A DNA stretch of 64,000 nt, taken from positions 9,283-73,282 of the forward strand of contig CAZIYA010000003.1 in NCBI GenBank assembly GCA_964543355.1. The letters are read 5' to 3'. A program made the translations under genes and the position numbers. Position 1 is the stretch's first letter. Each line of letters opens with the position of its first letter. The DNA comes from an uncultured Polaromonas sp. GTDB taxonomy: Bacteria > Pseudomonadota > Gammaproteobacteria > Burkholderiales > Burkholderiaceae_C. Shown here one piece after another: positions 39,387 to 49,241 of this stretch. Under the pieces are notes generated by a model, which was not told where the DNA came from, did no database searches, and saw only the letters and a list, made by a program, of their open reading frames with translations.

Positions 39387-41150
39387 GTGGCCGAGATCCT
39401 TCATAACGATTTGCTGCAGTACTACAAGCGTGAGCTTGTTTACCTGCGTGACCAGGGTTCGAACTTCGCCAAGCGTTATCCCAAGGTGGCGTCGATGCTG
39501 GCACTCCACGGCACGGAGTCGCTGGATCCGCATACGGAACGATTGATCGAGTCCGTCGCTTTCCTGGCGGCCAGGGTTCACCAGGACCTGGACCGGGAAT
39601 TCCCGCAGGTGGCCGCGGCCCTGCTCGACAATTTGTGCCCTTCGCTGATCCAGCCAGTGCCCTCCATGACGGTGGCCGAATTTGGCCTGGACCCCAGCCA
39701 GGGCAAGGTCACGGCGGGCTTCAGGATCCCGCAACACACGGCCTTGTATGCCAGCGCAAATGGGCAGCAGTGCCGGTTTCGAACAGCCTGGAACACCGTG
39801 TTGTGGCCGGTGAAGGTTGTCAAGGCGGTGCTGGAGGGGGGCGGTTCCACGCTCCGGATGGCTTTCGAATGCAGCGCCGAGACCGATTTCGCGGAACTGG
39901 AAATGGATAGCCTGCGCATTCATCTGCAGGGGGACTGGATGACCACCATGCCCCTGTACGAATTCCTGGTGGCCGACGTGGTCGAAGCAAGCATCACGCC
40001 GGAAGGCGGCGTTCCCCGAATATTGCCCGATGCGTCCTGGCGCGAGGTTGGCTACGCAGAGGGCGAAAATGTGCTTCCCTTGCCGGCCAATGCGCAGCCT
40101 GCATACGGGTTGATGCAGGAGTACTTTGCCTTTCCCCGGAAATTCCACTTTTTTGACCTGCACAACATCCGTGCCCATGCCGGTAAGTGCACCCGGTTTG
40201 ACCTTGCCATCACCTTCGATCAGCCGGCGCGCGGCCTGGGCAATATCACGGCCGACAACTTCCGGCTCGGCTGCACACCTGTCGTGAACCTGTTCCCGAA
40301 AACCAGCGAGCCGATTCTGGTCGATCACCGGCATTACGAGTACCTGCTGGTGGCTGACCGCCAGCGTGAATCAACAACGGAAGTGCACTCGATAGTGTCG
40401 GTGACGGCATCGGATCCGAATGCAGAACGTCCCGTCATCGTGCCGAGTTTCTCTGCTTTGGGGCATATCCGCTCGAATGCGTCCACCAGCTTCTGGTCGT
40501 CCCGTCGCGAGCACAGTCTGCGCAAGGACATTTCGGGAACGGACGTTTTCCTGTCATTTGTCGATCAGGCCAATACCTTGAAGACACCGGCCGATCCGGT
40601 GGTTTTTGCAAATCTGCTGTGCACCAACCGGCGGCTGGCCGAGCAGGTGCCTATCGGCGCGCGCATGGTGGCCGAGGGCGTTTCAAAAACAGCCACGGTA
40701 CGCTGCCTGTACGAGCCGACGTCGCAGCGCAACCCGCCGCTTGGAAGCGAAACCCTCTGGCGGCTGGTTTCATTGCTGACGCTCAATCACCAGTCACTGG
40801 TCGATGGCTCTACCGGCAAGGACCAGCTGCGTGAAATGCTGACCCTGTTTGCCTCCGACAGCACGCGTGACCACGAACAGATTCGCGGTATCAAAGGCTT
40901 GCAGGCGCGCAGCGTGACCGGCAGGATCGGGCATGACGCCTGGCGCGGCTACTGTCGCGGTACCGAAGTTCTGCTGGAATTTGACGAAGAGGCCTTTGTG
41001 GGTGGTTCCCAGCTGTTGATGTCTGCTGTGCTGGCGCGGTTTTTTGCGATGTACACCTCCGTCAACTCGTTTGTTCAATTGGGAGTCCGCCGCGGCGATG
41101 AAGTATGGAAACAATGGGAACCGATGAGCGGCCGCCAGCTGGTGCTCTAG
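39387..41150 (+). CDS. tssF: T6SS baseplate subunit
   Basis: YYKRELVYLR, DPHTERLIESVAFLAAR, QEYFAFPRKF, LGCTPVVNLF. Confidence 0.95.
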   Translation: MAEILHNDLLQYYKRELVYLRDQGSNFAKRYPKVASMLALHGTESLDPHTERLIESVAFLAARVHQDLDREFPQVAAALLDNLCPSLIQPVPSMTVAEFGLDPSQGKVTAGFRIPQHTALYASANGQQCRFRTAWNTVLWPVKVVKAVLEGGGSTLRMAFECSAETDFAELEMDSLRIHLQGDWMTTMPLYEFLVADVVEASITPEGGVPRILPDASWREVGYAEGENVLPLPANAQPAYGLMQEYFAFPRKFHFFDLHNIRAHAGKCTRFDLAITFDQPARGLGNITADNFRLGCTPVVNLFPKTSEPILVDHRHYEYLLVADRQRESTTEVHSIVSVTASDPNAERPVIVPSFSALGHIRSNASTSFWSSRREHSLRKDISGTDVFLSFVDQANTLKTPADPVVFANLLCTNRRLAEQVPIGARMVAEGVSKTATVRCLYEPTSQRNPPLGSETLWRLVSLLTLNHQSLVDGSTGKDQLREMLTLFASDSTRDHEQIRGIKGLQARSVTGRIGHDAWRGYCRGTEVLLEFDEEAFVGGSQLLMSAVLARFFAMYTSVNSFVQLGVRRGDEVWKQWEPMSGRQLVL

Positions 41151-42160
41151 TCGAACGACTGGGCGACCGGCCGCAGGGCTTCAATCTCTTTCAGGCGATC
41201 AGCTTGCTGGAGCGCGCTTCGCCGCAACTGGCGCCTGTCGGCAAGGGCGACGGCCAGATGGAAGCTGTTCGCCTTAAATCGGTGGTTTCGCTGGGTTTTC
41301 AACCCAGCGATGTGAGCAGGGTCAGCGCGGGCGCAGAAGATGCGGAAGCCTGGATTCTGGCTACGCCGGTGCTGTCGCTCGCGGGTGCGCAGGGACCGCT
41401 GCCTTTGCCGTTCACCGAAATGGTGCTGGAGCGCACGGCTGCGCGTGACCACGCTACCGCTGACTTCCTGGACATTTTCAACCACCGCTTTCTGGCCTTT
41501 TTATACAGAAGCAGGAAGAAGCACCACATGGGTCTGAACTGGCAGTCGCCGCAGGCTTCATCGCTGGCGGGCTGCCTCGACGCTCTCAGTGCTTTGGGTC
41601 TGAAGGCGGGCCTGGGATCGCCGCAAGGTGAATCGTCCTGGCTCCGGCACGCCGGGTTGCTGGGCGGTGCGCCCCGCTCGATGACGGGGTTGATGGCCAT
41701 GCTGTCGGACCGCCTGGGCGTGGTGGCCAGAGGCCGGCAGTTTTGCGGTGGATGGCGCAATCTCGAGCCGCGCGATATCACCAGGCTGTCCGGCCGGGCG
41801 CCTGGCCGTGCAGCCCGGCTGGGGCGATCAGCCGTTCTGGGCAAGCGCGTGTGGGATCAGGGTGCGGGTATCACGCTTGAACTCTCCGGGCTGACATTGC
41901 GGCGCTTGAGACGCCTGTTGAGGGGCGGCGAAGAATACGGGCTGCTGGGCTGGATGGTGGGCAGGTATCTGCAGCAGGACGTTGGCGTGGAAATGGTTCT
42001 TCACATCGATGGCCGTGAACTCAGGCCAAGCATTCTGGGGCAGAAAGAGCCGCTACAGCTGGGGTGGACCTCCTGGCTGGTAAGCAGTACGCCTTATACC
42101 GGCACCTTCGCGCCTGCGAGGTTCAAACTTCATGACGATGCTGTCCCCGGCATGGCCTGA
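41114..42160 (+). CDS. tssG: T6SS baseplate subunit
   Basis: FNLFQAISLLE, GPLPLPFTE, DFLDIFNHR; 37-bp overlap with tssF. Confidence 0.93.
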   Translation: MGTDERPPAGALVERLGDRPQGFNLFQAISLLERASPQLAPVGKGDGQMEAVRLKSVVSLGFQPSDVSRVSAGAEDAEAWILATPVLSLAGAQGPLPLPFTEMVLERTAARDHATADFLDIFNHRFLAFLYRSRKKHHMGLNWQSPQASSLAGCLDALSALGLKAGLGSPQGESSWLRHAGLLGGAPRSMTGLMAMLSDRLGVVARGRQFCGGWRNLEPRDITRLSGRAPGRAARLGRSAVLGKRVWDQGAGITLELSGLTLRRLRRLLRGGEEYGLLGWMVGRYLQQDVGVEMVLHIDGRELRPSILGQKEPLQLGWTSWLVSSTPYTGTFAPARFKLHDDAVPGMA

Positions 42161-42177
42161 ACGAAACGGCACTCAAG

Positions 42178-44901
42178 ATGGAAATTGACATTCGCACCCT
42201 GCTGGGCAAGCTCAATCCCGAGTGCAAACGCGCGCTGGAAAAGGCCGCGGAGTTGTGTGTCCAGCAAACCCATTACAACGTGGATGTCGAACACCTGCTG
42301 TTCAAACTGCTGGAGACCGAAGCGCCGGATGTCTGCCTGATACTCCCGGAGTACGACATCAAGATGGACGTCATCCTGGCCCAGCTGCAGGACGCAATGG
42401 ACAGGTTCAAGCGGGGGAACGGCCGCACGCCGGCCCTGTCGCCGCATCTCGCGCCGCTGCTCCAGGAGGCGTGGCTGCTCAGTTCCATGTTGCTCGGTGA
42501 GCAGCAGGTTCGCTCCGGAACATTGATACTGGCATTGCTGGAGGTCGATAGCCTGCGCGGCGCTCTGCTGGAATCGGCGCCCGGCCTGCTGCAGATTCCG
42601 CGCGAGAGCCTGCGCAAGAACCTGGCCGATTTGCTGACCAACTCGGCCGAAGACGCCGGTGGCGCCGTGCGCTCGGCGAAACCGGCCGCCATGACGCAGG
42701 CGCAGGGCCCGGCAGCCGGAGCGGGTGTGTCGGAAGCCTCTTCCCCGCAAATGCCCACCATGCGCCGTGGCGCGTCATCCAACCCTTCGCTGGACCAATA
42801 TACCGTCGACATCACGGAACAGGCCAGGCAGGGCCTGATTGACCCCATCCGTGGGCGAGATGCCGAGATTCGCCAGATCATTGATGTCTTGTTACGTCGG
42901 CGGCAAAACAATCCCATCCTGACCGGTGAGGCCGGCGTCGGCAAAACCGCGGTGGTGGAAGGCTTTGCGCAGCGCATCGTGCAGGGCGAGGTTCCTCCTG
43001 CCCTGCAAAAGGTGTCGGTGCGCTCGCTGGACCTGGCCTTGCTGCAGGCCGGGGCGGGCGTCAAGGGCGAGTTCGAGAACCGCTTGAAATCCGTTATCGC
43101 CGAAGTCAAGGCCTCCCTGGTACCGATCGTGCTGTTCATCGACGAAGCACACCAGCTGATTGGCGCCGGCGGGGCAGAAGGCCAGGGCGATGCCGCCAAT
43201 CTTCTCAAGCCCGCGCTGGCGCGTGGGGAGCTGCGCACCATCGCGGCCACCACCTGGGCCGAATATAAAAAATATGTCGAGCGCGACCCGGCCCTGGCGC
43301 GACGCTTCCAGGTGGTCAAGGTTGATGAGCCTACCGAGGAGGTCGCCATTGACATGCTGCGCGGCATGGTCCAAACGCTGGAAAAGCACCACGGTGTCGA
43401 GATCATCGACGATGCAGTCAGGGACGCCGTCAAGCTGTCGCACCGCTATATCTCGGGGCGCCAGCTTCCCGACAAGGCCATCAGCGTGCTGGATACGGCG
43501 TGCGCGCGCGTGGCCATTGGGCAGAACGGCCTGCCGCCGGAACTCGAATCGGTGGCGCGCGAAATTTCCAATGCGGAAAACCAGCTGCGGATCTTCCGCC
43601 ATGAATCTGCAACCGGGCGCGACCATGTGCACGCGATTGCCGCGCTGTCGCTGGAACTCGAAGGCCTCAGGCAACGCCAGCGCCGCCTGACGGAAAAGCT
43701 TGAAGAGGAAAAAAATGCAGTCGCCGAAATTGTGGCACTGCGCAAGCGCATCGCCGAAGGATTGAAGGAAGACGGCAGCCAGCTGGAAGGCGAAGACAGC
43801 GAAGACATGTCCGCCTCACTGAACCGGCTCGAGAAAGGGCTGGATGCGATCCAGAGCGACGAACCCATGATTCCGGTGTGTGTCGACTCCGGCGTGGTTG
43901 CTTCCGTGATCTCCGGCTGGACAGGTATTCCAGTCGGCAAGATGCTGGCCGACGAGTTGCATACCGTCCTCAACCTCAAGGAAAAACTGGCCGAGCGCGT
44001 GGTCGGGCAGGACCAGGCGCTGGATGCGATTGCGCGACGTGTCCGGACTTCCCGTGCCGACCTGGATGATCCGGGCAAGCCGGTCGGGGTCTTTCTGCTG
44101 GTGGGGCCCAGCGGCGTCGGCAAGACCGAGACCGCATTTGCACTGGCAGACATGATTTATGGAGGTGACCGCAACATGGTGACCGTCAACATGTCCGAAT
44201 TCCAGGAGGCGCACACCGTGTCCAGCCTCAAGGGAGCGCCGCCGGGCTATGTCGGTTATGGCCGTGGCGGCGTCCTCACAGAGGCAGTCCGGCGCCGGCC
44301 TTACAGCGTGGTCCTGCTTGACGAGATGGAAAAGGCGCACCCCGATGTGCTGGAGCTGTTTTTCCAGGTCTTCGACAAAGGTGTCATGGAAGATGGCGAA
44401 GGCGTCCAGATCGATTTCAAGAACACGCTGATCCTGCTGACGTCCAATGCTGCCCAGGATGTCATCACCGATGCCTGCGAAGGCGGGCGCCGGCCGGATC
44501 CGGAAGTCCTGATCGAGCGCTTGCGGCCGGTATTGACGCAGCAGTTTTCGCCGGCTTTTCTCGGGCGGCTGGCGATTGTTCCCTATTACCCGCTCGGCGA
44601 CGAGCAGATCCGGTCCATTGTGAGTCTCAAACTGGGAAAACTGGCCCAGCGCTTCTCCCGCAACCACAAAGCCGAGTTCACCTGGGACGATGCCGTGGCG
44701 CAAACCATCACGGCCCGGTGTACGGAAGTCGACAGCGGCGCGCGCAACGTCGACCACATCCTGTCGCATGCCGTTCTGCCTGAGCTTTCACGCCAGGTGC
44801 TGGAGCGGATTTCCATGTCCGATGCCTTTGACGAGGTACACATGGGCGTGGATGCACGTGACGATTTTTCCTTTACTTTCGGCCCGCCGAAACAGGCATA
44901 G
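42178..44901 (+). CDS. tssH: T6SS AAA+ ATPase ClpV
   Basis: Two Walker A motifs (GEAGVGKT, GPSGVGKT), RRRQNNP, GAPPGYVG. Confidence 0.96.
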   Translation: MEIDIRTLLGKLNPECKRALEKAAELCVQQTHYNVDVEHLLFKLLETEAPDVCLILPEYDIKMDVILAQLQDAMDRFKRGNGRTPALSPHLAPLLQEAWLLSSMLLGEQQVRSGTLILALLEVDSLRGALLESAPGLLQIPRESLRKNLADLLTNSAEDAGGAVRSAKPAAMTQAQGPAAGAGVSEASSPQMPTMRRGASSNPSLDQYTVDITEQARQGLIDPIRGRDAEIRQIIDVLLRRRQNNPILTGEAGVGKTAVVEGFAQRIVQGEVPPALQKVSVRSLDLALLQAGAGVKGEFENRLKSVIAEVKASLVPIVLFIDEAHQLIGAGGAEGQGDAANLLKPALARGELRTIAATTWAEYKKYVERDPALARRFQVVKVDEPTEEVAIDMLRGMVQTLEKHHGVEIIDDAVRDAVKLSHRYISGRQLPDKAISVLDTACARVAIGQNGLPPELESVAREISNAENQLRIFRHESATGRDHVHAIAALSLELEGLRQRQRRLTEKLEEEKNAVAEIVALRKRIAEGLKEDGSQLEGEDSEDMSASLNRLEKGLDAIQSDEPMIPVCVDSGVVASVISGWTGIPVGKMLADELHTVLNLKEKLAERVVGQDQALDAIARRVRTSRADLDDPGKPVGVFLLVGPSGVGKTETAFALADMIYGGDRNMVTVNMSEFQEAHTVSSLKGAPPGYVGYGRGGVLTEAVRRRPYSVVLLDEMEKAHPDVLELFFQVFDKGVMEDGEGVQIDFKNTLILLTSNAAQDVITDACEGGRRPDPEVLIERLRPVLTQQFSPAFLGRLAIVPYYPLGDEQIRSIVSLKLGKLAQRFSRNHKAEFTWDDAVAQTITARCTEVDSGARNVDHILSHAVLPELSRQVLERISMSDAFDEVHMGVDARDDFSFTFGPPKQA

Positions 44902-44907
44902 AGGCGC

Positions 44908-46899
44908 ATGCGGACTGGCTTCAAACAGACGAACTCGGCGTTGACGGTGACCACACCGTTCGGTGCGGACGTGTTGTTGCTCGACTCCTTCCAGGGCGTG
45001 GAGGCCATCTCCCAGCCTTTCAGGTTTTCGCTGGCGATGCGTTCGTCCGACACAGGTCTGGATCCGGCCCTGATTGTGGGCGCTTCGGTCACGGTCAAGC
45101 TTGCCTTGCCGGACGGACCCGCCCGGTTTTTCAACGGCATCGTGTCGCGTTTCATGCATGCAGGCGGTGACCGCTCTTTCTCGTCCTATTCGGCGGAGCT
45201 GGTTCCCAGCCTCTGGCTTCTGACACTCAGCAGGGACAGGGCCATCTACCAGAACAAGACGGCGGCCGACATCATCAAGGCCATCCTGGGCGAGTTTGGC
45301 GTGACTTTTGATGCGCAGCTGACAGGTACCTATGGAAGCCGCGAATACTGCGTCCAGTACGACGAGACCGCACTGGAGTTCATCTCCCGGTTGATGGAGG
45401 AGGAAGGCATCTTCTATTTCTTCACCTTCACCGATGGTGGACACACCATGGTGCTGGGCGACAGTTCGGCAGCCCATATCGATGGTGTGGGTGGGGCCGC
45501 CCTGCGCTACTTCCCGGACCCGGGCGGGCGCCGCATGATGGATACCGTCAATCAGCTGGAATACGAGAGCCGACTGGTGGCGCAGAAGTTCGAATACAGC
45601 GACTACAACTACCTCACGCCCAGCACCGCCTTGCTGACCGAATCCGCTGGGGCGACGGGCAAGGGAAAGCAGTTCGAGTTCCCGGGCAAACATGCAGTGC
45701 TGGCCGATGGCACGCAGCGCGCCAAGGTCCGCGCCGAAGCCAGCCAGGTCGACGGCGCGGTGTGTCGCGGCACGAGTTATTGCTACCCGCTTTCTGCGGG
45801 GAGGAAGTTCACGCTCTCAGGTCACTCGAGAACAGCATTGAACACGGCGCTGGTGCTGCGGGCCGTGACCCACATGGCCAGCAACGAGCAGTACAGCAAC
45901 AGCTTTGAGGCGTTTGCCGCCACCGTGCCCTTCCGTCCGCCGCGACTGTCGCCGTTGCCGCGGGTTTCAGGCAGCCAGACGGCGCTGGTGGTGGGTCCCA
46001 GCGGCGAGGAGATATGGACCGACACGCACGGGCGGATCAAGGTGCAGTTTCATTGGGACCGGATTGGCGTCAAGGACGAAAACAGTTCGTGCTGGGTGCG
46101 CGTTTCCCAGTCCTGGGCCGGGCTGGGCTGGGGAAGCCTGTTCCTGCCGCGGATTGGACAGGAGGTGGTGGTCAGTTATGTTGATGGCGACCCCGACCGG
46201 CCTATTGTTACCGGCTGCGTCTACAACGCAGAGAACACCACGCCAGTGACGCTGCCGGGCATGCAAACCCAGAGCACCATCAAGTCCCGCGCCTCCAAGC
46301 AAGGCACCGCCGGCAATGAGATGCGAATGGAAGACAAAAAGGATTCGGAAGAGTTCTATTTTCATGCGCAAAAAGACATGAAGGTCGAAATAGAAAACGA
46401 CCTGAGTACCAAGCTGGTCAAGGGTTCCGAGACGCACACGCTGGAAAAGGGGGATCGCACTGTCGATGTCCAGACCGGCAAGGAAGTCCACAAGGTCAAG
46501 GGCACGCGGGAGCTCACGGTCACCGGCAATGAGACTCATACCAACAAGGCTGATTTCAGCCAGGCCGTCACCGGGAACTACGAACTGAAGGTCACGGGCA
46601 ACCTGGTGATTGATGTGACGGGCTCCATCACGATCAAGTCCGGGACCACTTTCGGTGCCGAGGCCGGCACCTCCCTCACCAGCAAGGCAGGCACAGCGCT
46701 GACCAACGAGGCCGGCACCTCCCTGACCAACAAGGCCGGGCTGGACCTGACGAACCAGGCGGGTACCGGGTTGAAGAACAAGGCCGGGACCACGCTGGAC
46801 AACGAAGGTGCGATGGTGACCAACAAGGCGTCAGCCATGCAGACGGTGGACGGTGGCGGGATGCTGACCCTCAAGGGTGGCCTGGTGAAGATCAACTGA
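44908..46899 (+). CDS. vgrG: T6SS spike protein VgrG without C-terminal effector domain
   Basis: CVQYDET..FISRLMEEEG, GRIKVQFHWDR, PRIGQEV, DGDPDRP; 8-aa beta-helix repeats. Confidence 0.96.
   Translation: MRTGFKQTNSALTVTTPFGADVLLLDSFQGVEAISQPFRFSLAMRSSDTGLDPALIVGASVTVKLALPDGPARFFNGIVSRFMHAGGDRSFSSYSAELVPSLWLLTLSRDRAIYQNKTAADIIKAILGEFGVTFDAQLTGTYGSREYCVQYDETALEFISRLMEEEGIFYFFTFTDGGHTMVLGDSSAAHIDGVGGAALRYFPDPGGRRMMDTVNQLEYESRLVAQKFEYSDYNYLTPSTALLTESAGATGKGKQFEFPGKHAVLADGTQRAKVRAEASQVDGAVCRGTSYCYPLSAGRKFTLSGHSRTALNTALVLRAVTHMASNEQYSNSFEAFAATVPFRPPRLSPLPRVSGSQTALVVGPSGEEIWTDTHGRIKVQFHWDRIGVKDENSSCWVRVSQSWAGLGWGSLFLPRIGQEVVVSYVDGDPDRPIVTGCVYNAENTTPVTLPGMQTQSTIKSRASKQGTAGNEMRMEDKKDSEEFYFHAQKDMKVEIENDLSTKLVKGSETHTLEKGDRTVDVQTGKEVHKVKGTRELTVTGNETHTNKADFSQAVTGNYELKVTGNLVIDVTGSITIKSGTTFGAEAGTSLTSKAGTALTNEAGTSLTNKAGLDLTNQAGTGLKNKAGTTLDNEGAMVTNKASAMQTVDGGGMLTLKGGLVKIN
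46660..46803 (+). repeat. Six imperfect 24-bp coding repeats (xAGTxLTN) in vgrG
   Basis: EAGTSLTS KAGTALTN EAGTSLTN KAGLDLTN QAGTGLKN KAGTTLDN. Confidence 0.8.
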
Positions 46900-46900
46900 G

Positions 46901-47638
46901 ATGGCGACGCAAAAAACCTCCACCACTGCGGTGCCCGCGGAAACGCCCGCTGGCGAGATGCAGCGCGGCTTTGTCGAGCGCGAGCAGTTCAACGACACCG
47001 GCGGGCTGACCAACCGTGCCGGTTTGCTGGATGGCGTGCTCCAAGGCGAAATGCGCTCTTTTGGTCCCGACGGGAAACTGCTTGCCAGCGCCCAATACGA
47101 TGCCGGCGTGCTCCATGGTGTTCTCAGGCTTTTTGATGAGCAGGCCAATCCGGTGCAGGAGGCGAATTACAGCCGCGGTTTGCAACATGGCGTGACCCGC
47201 GTCTTCGTGAAAGGGCGCTTGTTGTCCGAGCAGCGGTTTTCGAATGGGAGTCTTCATGGCGAGTCGGTCTCCTATTCGGAAGCCGGAGAGATCGCCATGA
47301 AGCAGAATTTTTTCAGAGGCGAGGTGGAGGGCGAAGCCCTGTTCCTGAACGAGGGTGAAGTGGTCCGCCGTTCGCAGTACCGCAAGGGCCTGCTGGAAGG
47401 GGAAACGCTGGACTACGACCGCGACGGTGCGGTGGTGCAGAAAGCCGGTTACAGAAACAACCTGCTGGAAGGGCCGCTGACACGGTATTGGCCGGACGGG
47501 CAGGTGATGGAGGTGTTGTTGTACCGCGCAGGCAAACCTGTCGGCAAGCCCAGGCGTTTCGACAGCAAAGGGGTTGAACTGCGTGACGACGCCAAAACCA
47601 GCCTCATGAAACGTCTCGAAAAACTGGTGAAGGGCTGA
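46901..47638 (+). CDS. MORN-variant repeat protein (YwqK-like)
   Basis: Repeating YxxGxLxG...Y/F units of about 24 aa; 1 bp after vgrG. Confidence 0.78.
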   Translation: MATQKTSTTAVPAETPAGEMQRGFVEREQFNDTGGLTNRAGLLDGVLQGEMRSFGPDGKLLASAQYDAGVLHGVLRLFDEQANPVQEANYSRGLQHGVTRVFVKGRLLSEQRFSNGSLHGESVSYSEAGEIAMKQNFFRGEVEGEALFLNEGEVVRRSQYRKGLLEGETLDYDRDGAVVQKAGYRNNLLEGPLTRYWPDGQVMEVLLYRAGKPVGKPRRFDSKGVELRDDAKTSLMKRLEKLVKG

Positions 47639-47640
47639 AC

Positions 47641-48027
47641 ATGGGCATTCAGGTCGCCGTAGGCGCAACCCTTCAGTGCAGTTTTGGCGTGGCTCCCAGC
47701 GTACTCACCGTGCTTCCCGCGAACCGTGTGCTCACGGGCGGGCCGGCCGCGAACATCATGGACCATGTTCCGTTTGTCAATGTGCTGCCCTTTGGCATGT
47801 GCAATTGCCCCTCCAATCCGATGGTGGCCGCCGCGACGGCCGCCGCTCTCGGCGTGTTGACGCCCATGCCCTGCATTCCCATGACCGCGGCACCCTGGAT
47901 GCCCGGCTCAGCGACGGTGATGCTGGGCGGGATGCCTGCCTTGCAGAACTCTTCCAAGCTGATGTGCCAGTGGGGCGGCGTCATCCAGATTCTTGTCCCG
48001 GGGCAGTTCACCGTGATGGTCCCTTAA
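47641..48027 (+). CDS. DUF4280 PAAR-like spike tip protein
   Basis: GATLQCSFG, PFGMC, PMPCIP, LMCQWGGVI cysteine pattern. Confidence 0.88.
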   Translation: MGIQVAVGATLQCSFGVAPSVLTVLPANRVLTGGPAANIMDHVPFVNVLPFGMCNCPSNPMVAAATAAALGVLTPMPCIPMTAAPWMPGSATVMLGGMPALQNSSKLMCQWGGVIQILVPGQFTVMVP

Positions 48028-48046
48028 ACGTGAAGATAGGTAACAA

Positions 48047-48262
48047 ATGCAATACACTTTGTCGCTGACGACCCGGATGATGACCATTGCCGGGCTTTGC
48101 CTGCTGCTGCTTTGTGTGCTCCTGTTCCTGCTCGGGGTGGAAATCGGCAAGAAGATTTCTTCACCCGCAGAAGGAATTGCGCCCGCAGCTGCGCTAACCG
48201 CAACCCCGCCTTCGTCAGCGCCCGTCGGGGAAGCGCCTTCGCCCCCCGTTGCCAAACCATGA
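48047..48262 (+). CDS. Small single-pass membrane protein with Pro/Ala-rich tail
   Basis: Hydrophobic IAGLCLLLLCVLLFLLGV; ATGA overlap with the next gene. Confidence 0.65.
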   Translation: MQYTLSLTTRMMTIAGLCLLLLCVLLFLLGVEIGKKISSPAEGIAPAAALTATPPSSAPVGEAPSPPVAKP

Positions 48263-49224
48263 ATCAGGATTTGATGATGTCAAAAACTCAGCCCGGACAG
48301 CCCTTGCACAGCCAGTCAACGTCGTGGTGGAAAGCCGGCTTGTTTGTTCTCGGGTTCTGGGGGTGTGCCGGTGCGGCCTTCGCGGCGCCCCTTGCTGTCA
48401 GCGCGGCCCCTGCCGCTCCGGTGACGGAGGTGGCGCCGGTACCCTCTCCGCTGCCCGCTCCGAGCCTGGTCAAGGTGGCCGATGGCCGACTGCTGGCGCC
48501 CAGCATTGCCCGCATCGTCAATCGGGGAGAACTCATTGTTGCGATGCTTGGCGTGGACACGCCGCCGTTCTTTTACGTGAAGAAGGGGGAGCTGGTCGGT
48601 CTGGAGGTAGACCTGGCCAAAGCGATTGCGAAGGAGCTCAAGGTCAACGTCAGGTTTGACCGCAGCGCCCGCACCTTCAATGAGGTGGTTGATGTGGTCG
48701 CGCGCCAGGAGGCTGACCTCGGCATCAGCAAGCTGTCGCGGACCTTGGCGCGGGCCCAGATGATCAGCTTCACCGAGCCCTATATCCGCCTGAACCACGC
48801 GTTCATCCTGAACCGGGTGAAGTTTGCCGAACTGGCTCGGGACCGGCCCTTGCCCGTTGTGGTTCGCGAGTTCAAGGGTTCCATCGGGGTCATTGCGAAA
48901 TCGTCCTTCTCGGACTACGCCAGCAAAAATTTCCCGCTTTCGGAGCTTCGCGAATTTCCGACCTGGGACGCTGTCCTCAAGGCGCTTGAAAAAGGCCAGA
49001 TCATGGCCGCCTATCGTGATGAGTTTGAGATCAAGCGGATTCTGAAGAGCGACCCGACGGCCTCCCTGACATTGCGCACGGTCACTTTCAAGGACCTGGA
49101 AGACACCCTTGGCATTGCCGTGGGCATTCAGGATCCGACGCTCCTGGCCTTTGTGAACCAGTTTTTGGCCGAGAGCACCGAAAAGCTGACGATTGACAAG
49201 GTGCTGAAGGCCCTGGACCGGTAA
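48259..49224 (+). CDS. Polar amino-acid-type periplasmic binding protein (SBP family 3)
   Basis: IVNRGELIVA, PPF, GLEVDLAKAIAKEL, SRTLAR...FTEPY; signal-like N-terminus. Confidence 0.88.
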   Translation: MNQDLMMSKTQPGQPLHSQSTSWWKAGLFVLGFWGCAGAAFAAPLAVSAAPAAPVTEVAPVPSPLPAPSLVKVADGRLLAPSIARIVNRGELIVAMLGVDTPPFFYVKKGELVGLEVDLAKAIAKELKVNVRFDRSARTFNEVVDVVARQEADLGISKLSRTLARAQMISFTEPYIRLNHAFILNRVKFAELARDRPLPVVVREFKGSIGVIAKSSFSDYASKNFPLSELREFPTWDAVLKALEKGQIMAAYRDEFEIKRILKSDPTASLTLRTVTFKDLEDTLGIAVGIQDPTLLAFVNQFLAESTEKLTIDKVLKALDR

Positions 49225-49241
49225 TCGATTAACTAAGGCGT

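Noticed and set aside
46660-46803. CRISPR-like array
   Set aside because: In-frame 24-bp coding repeats without unique spacers; no cas genes or CRISPR array seen in the window
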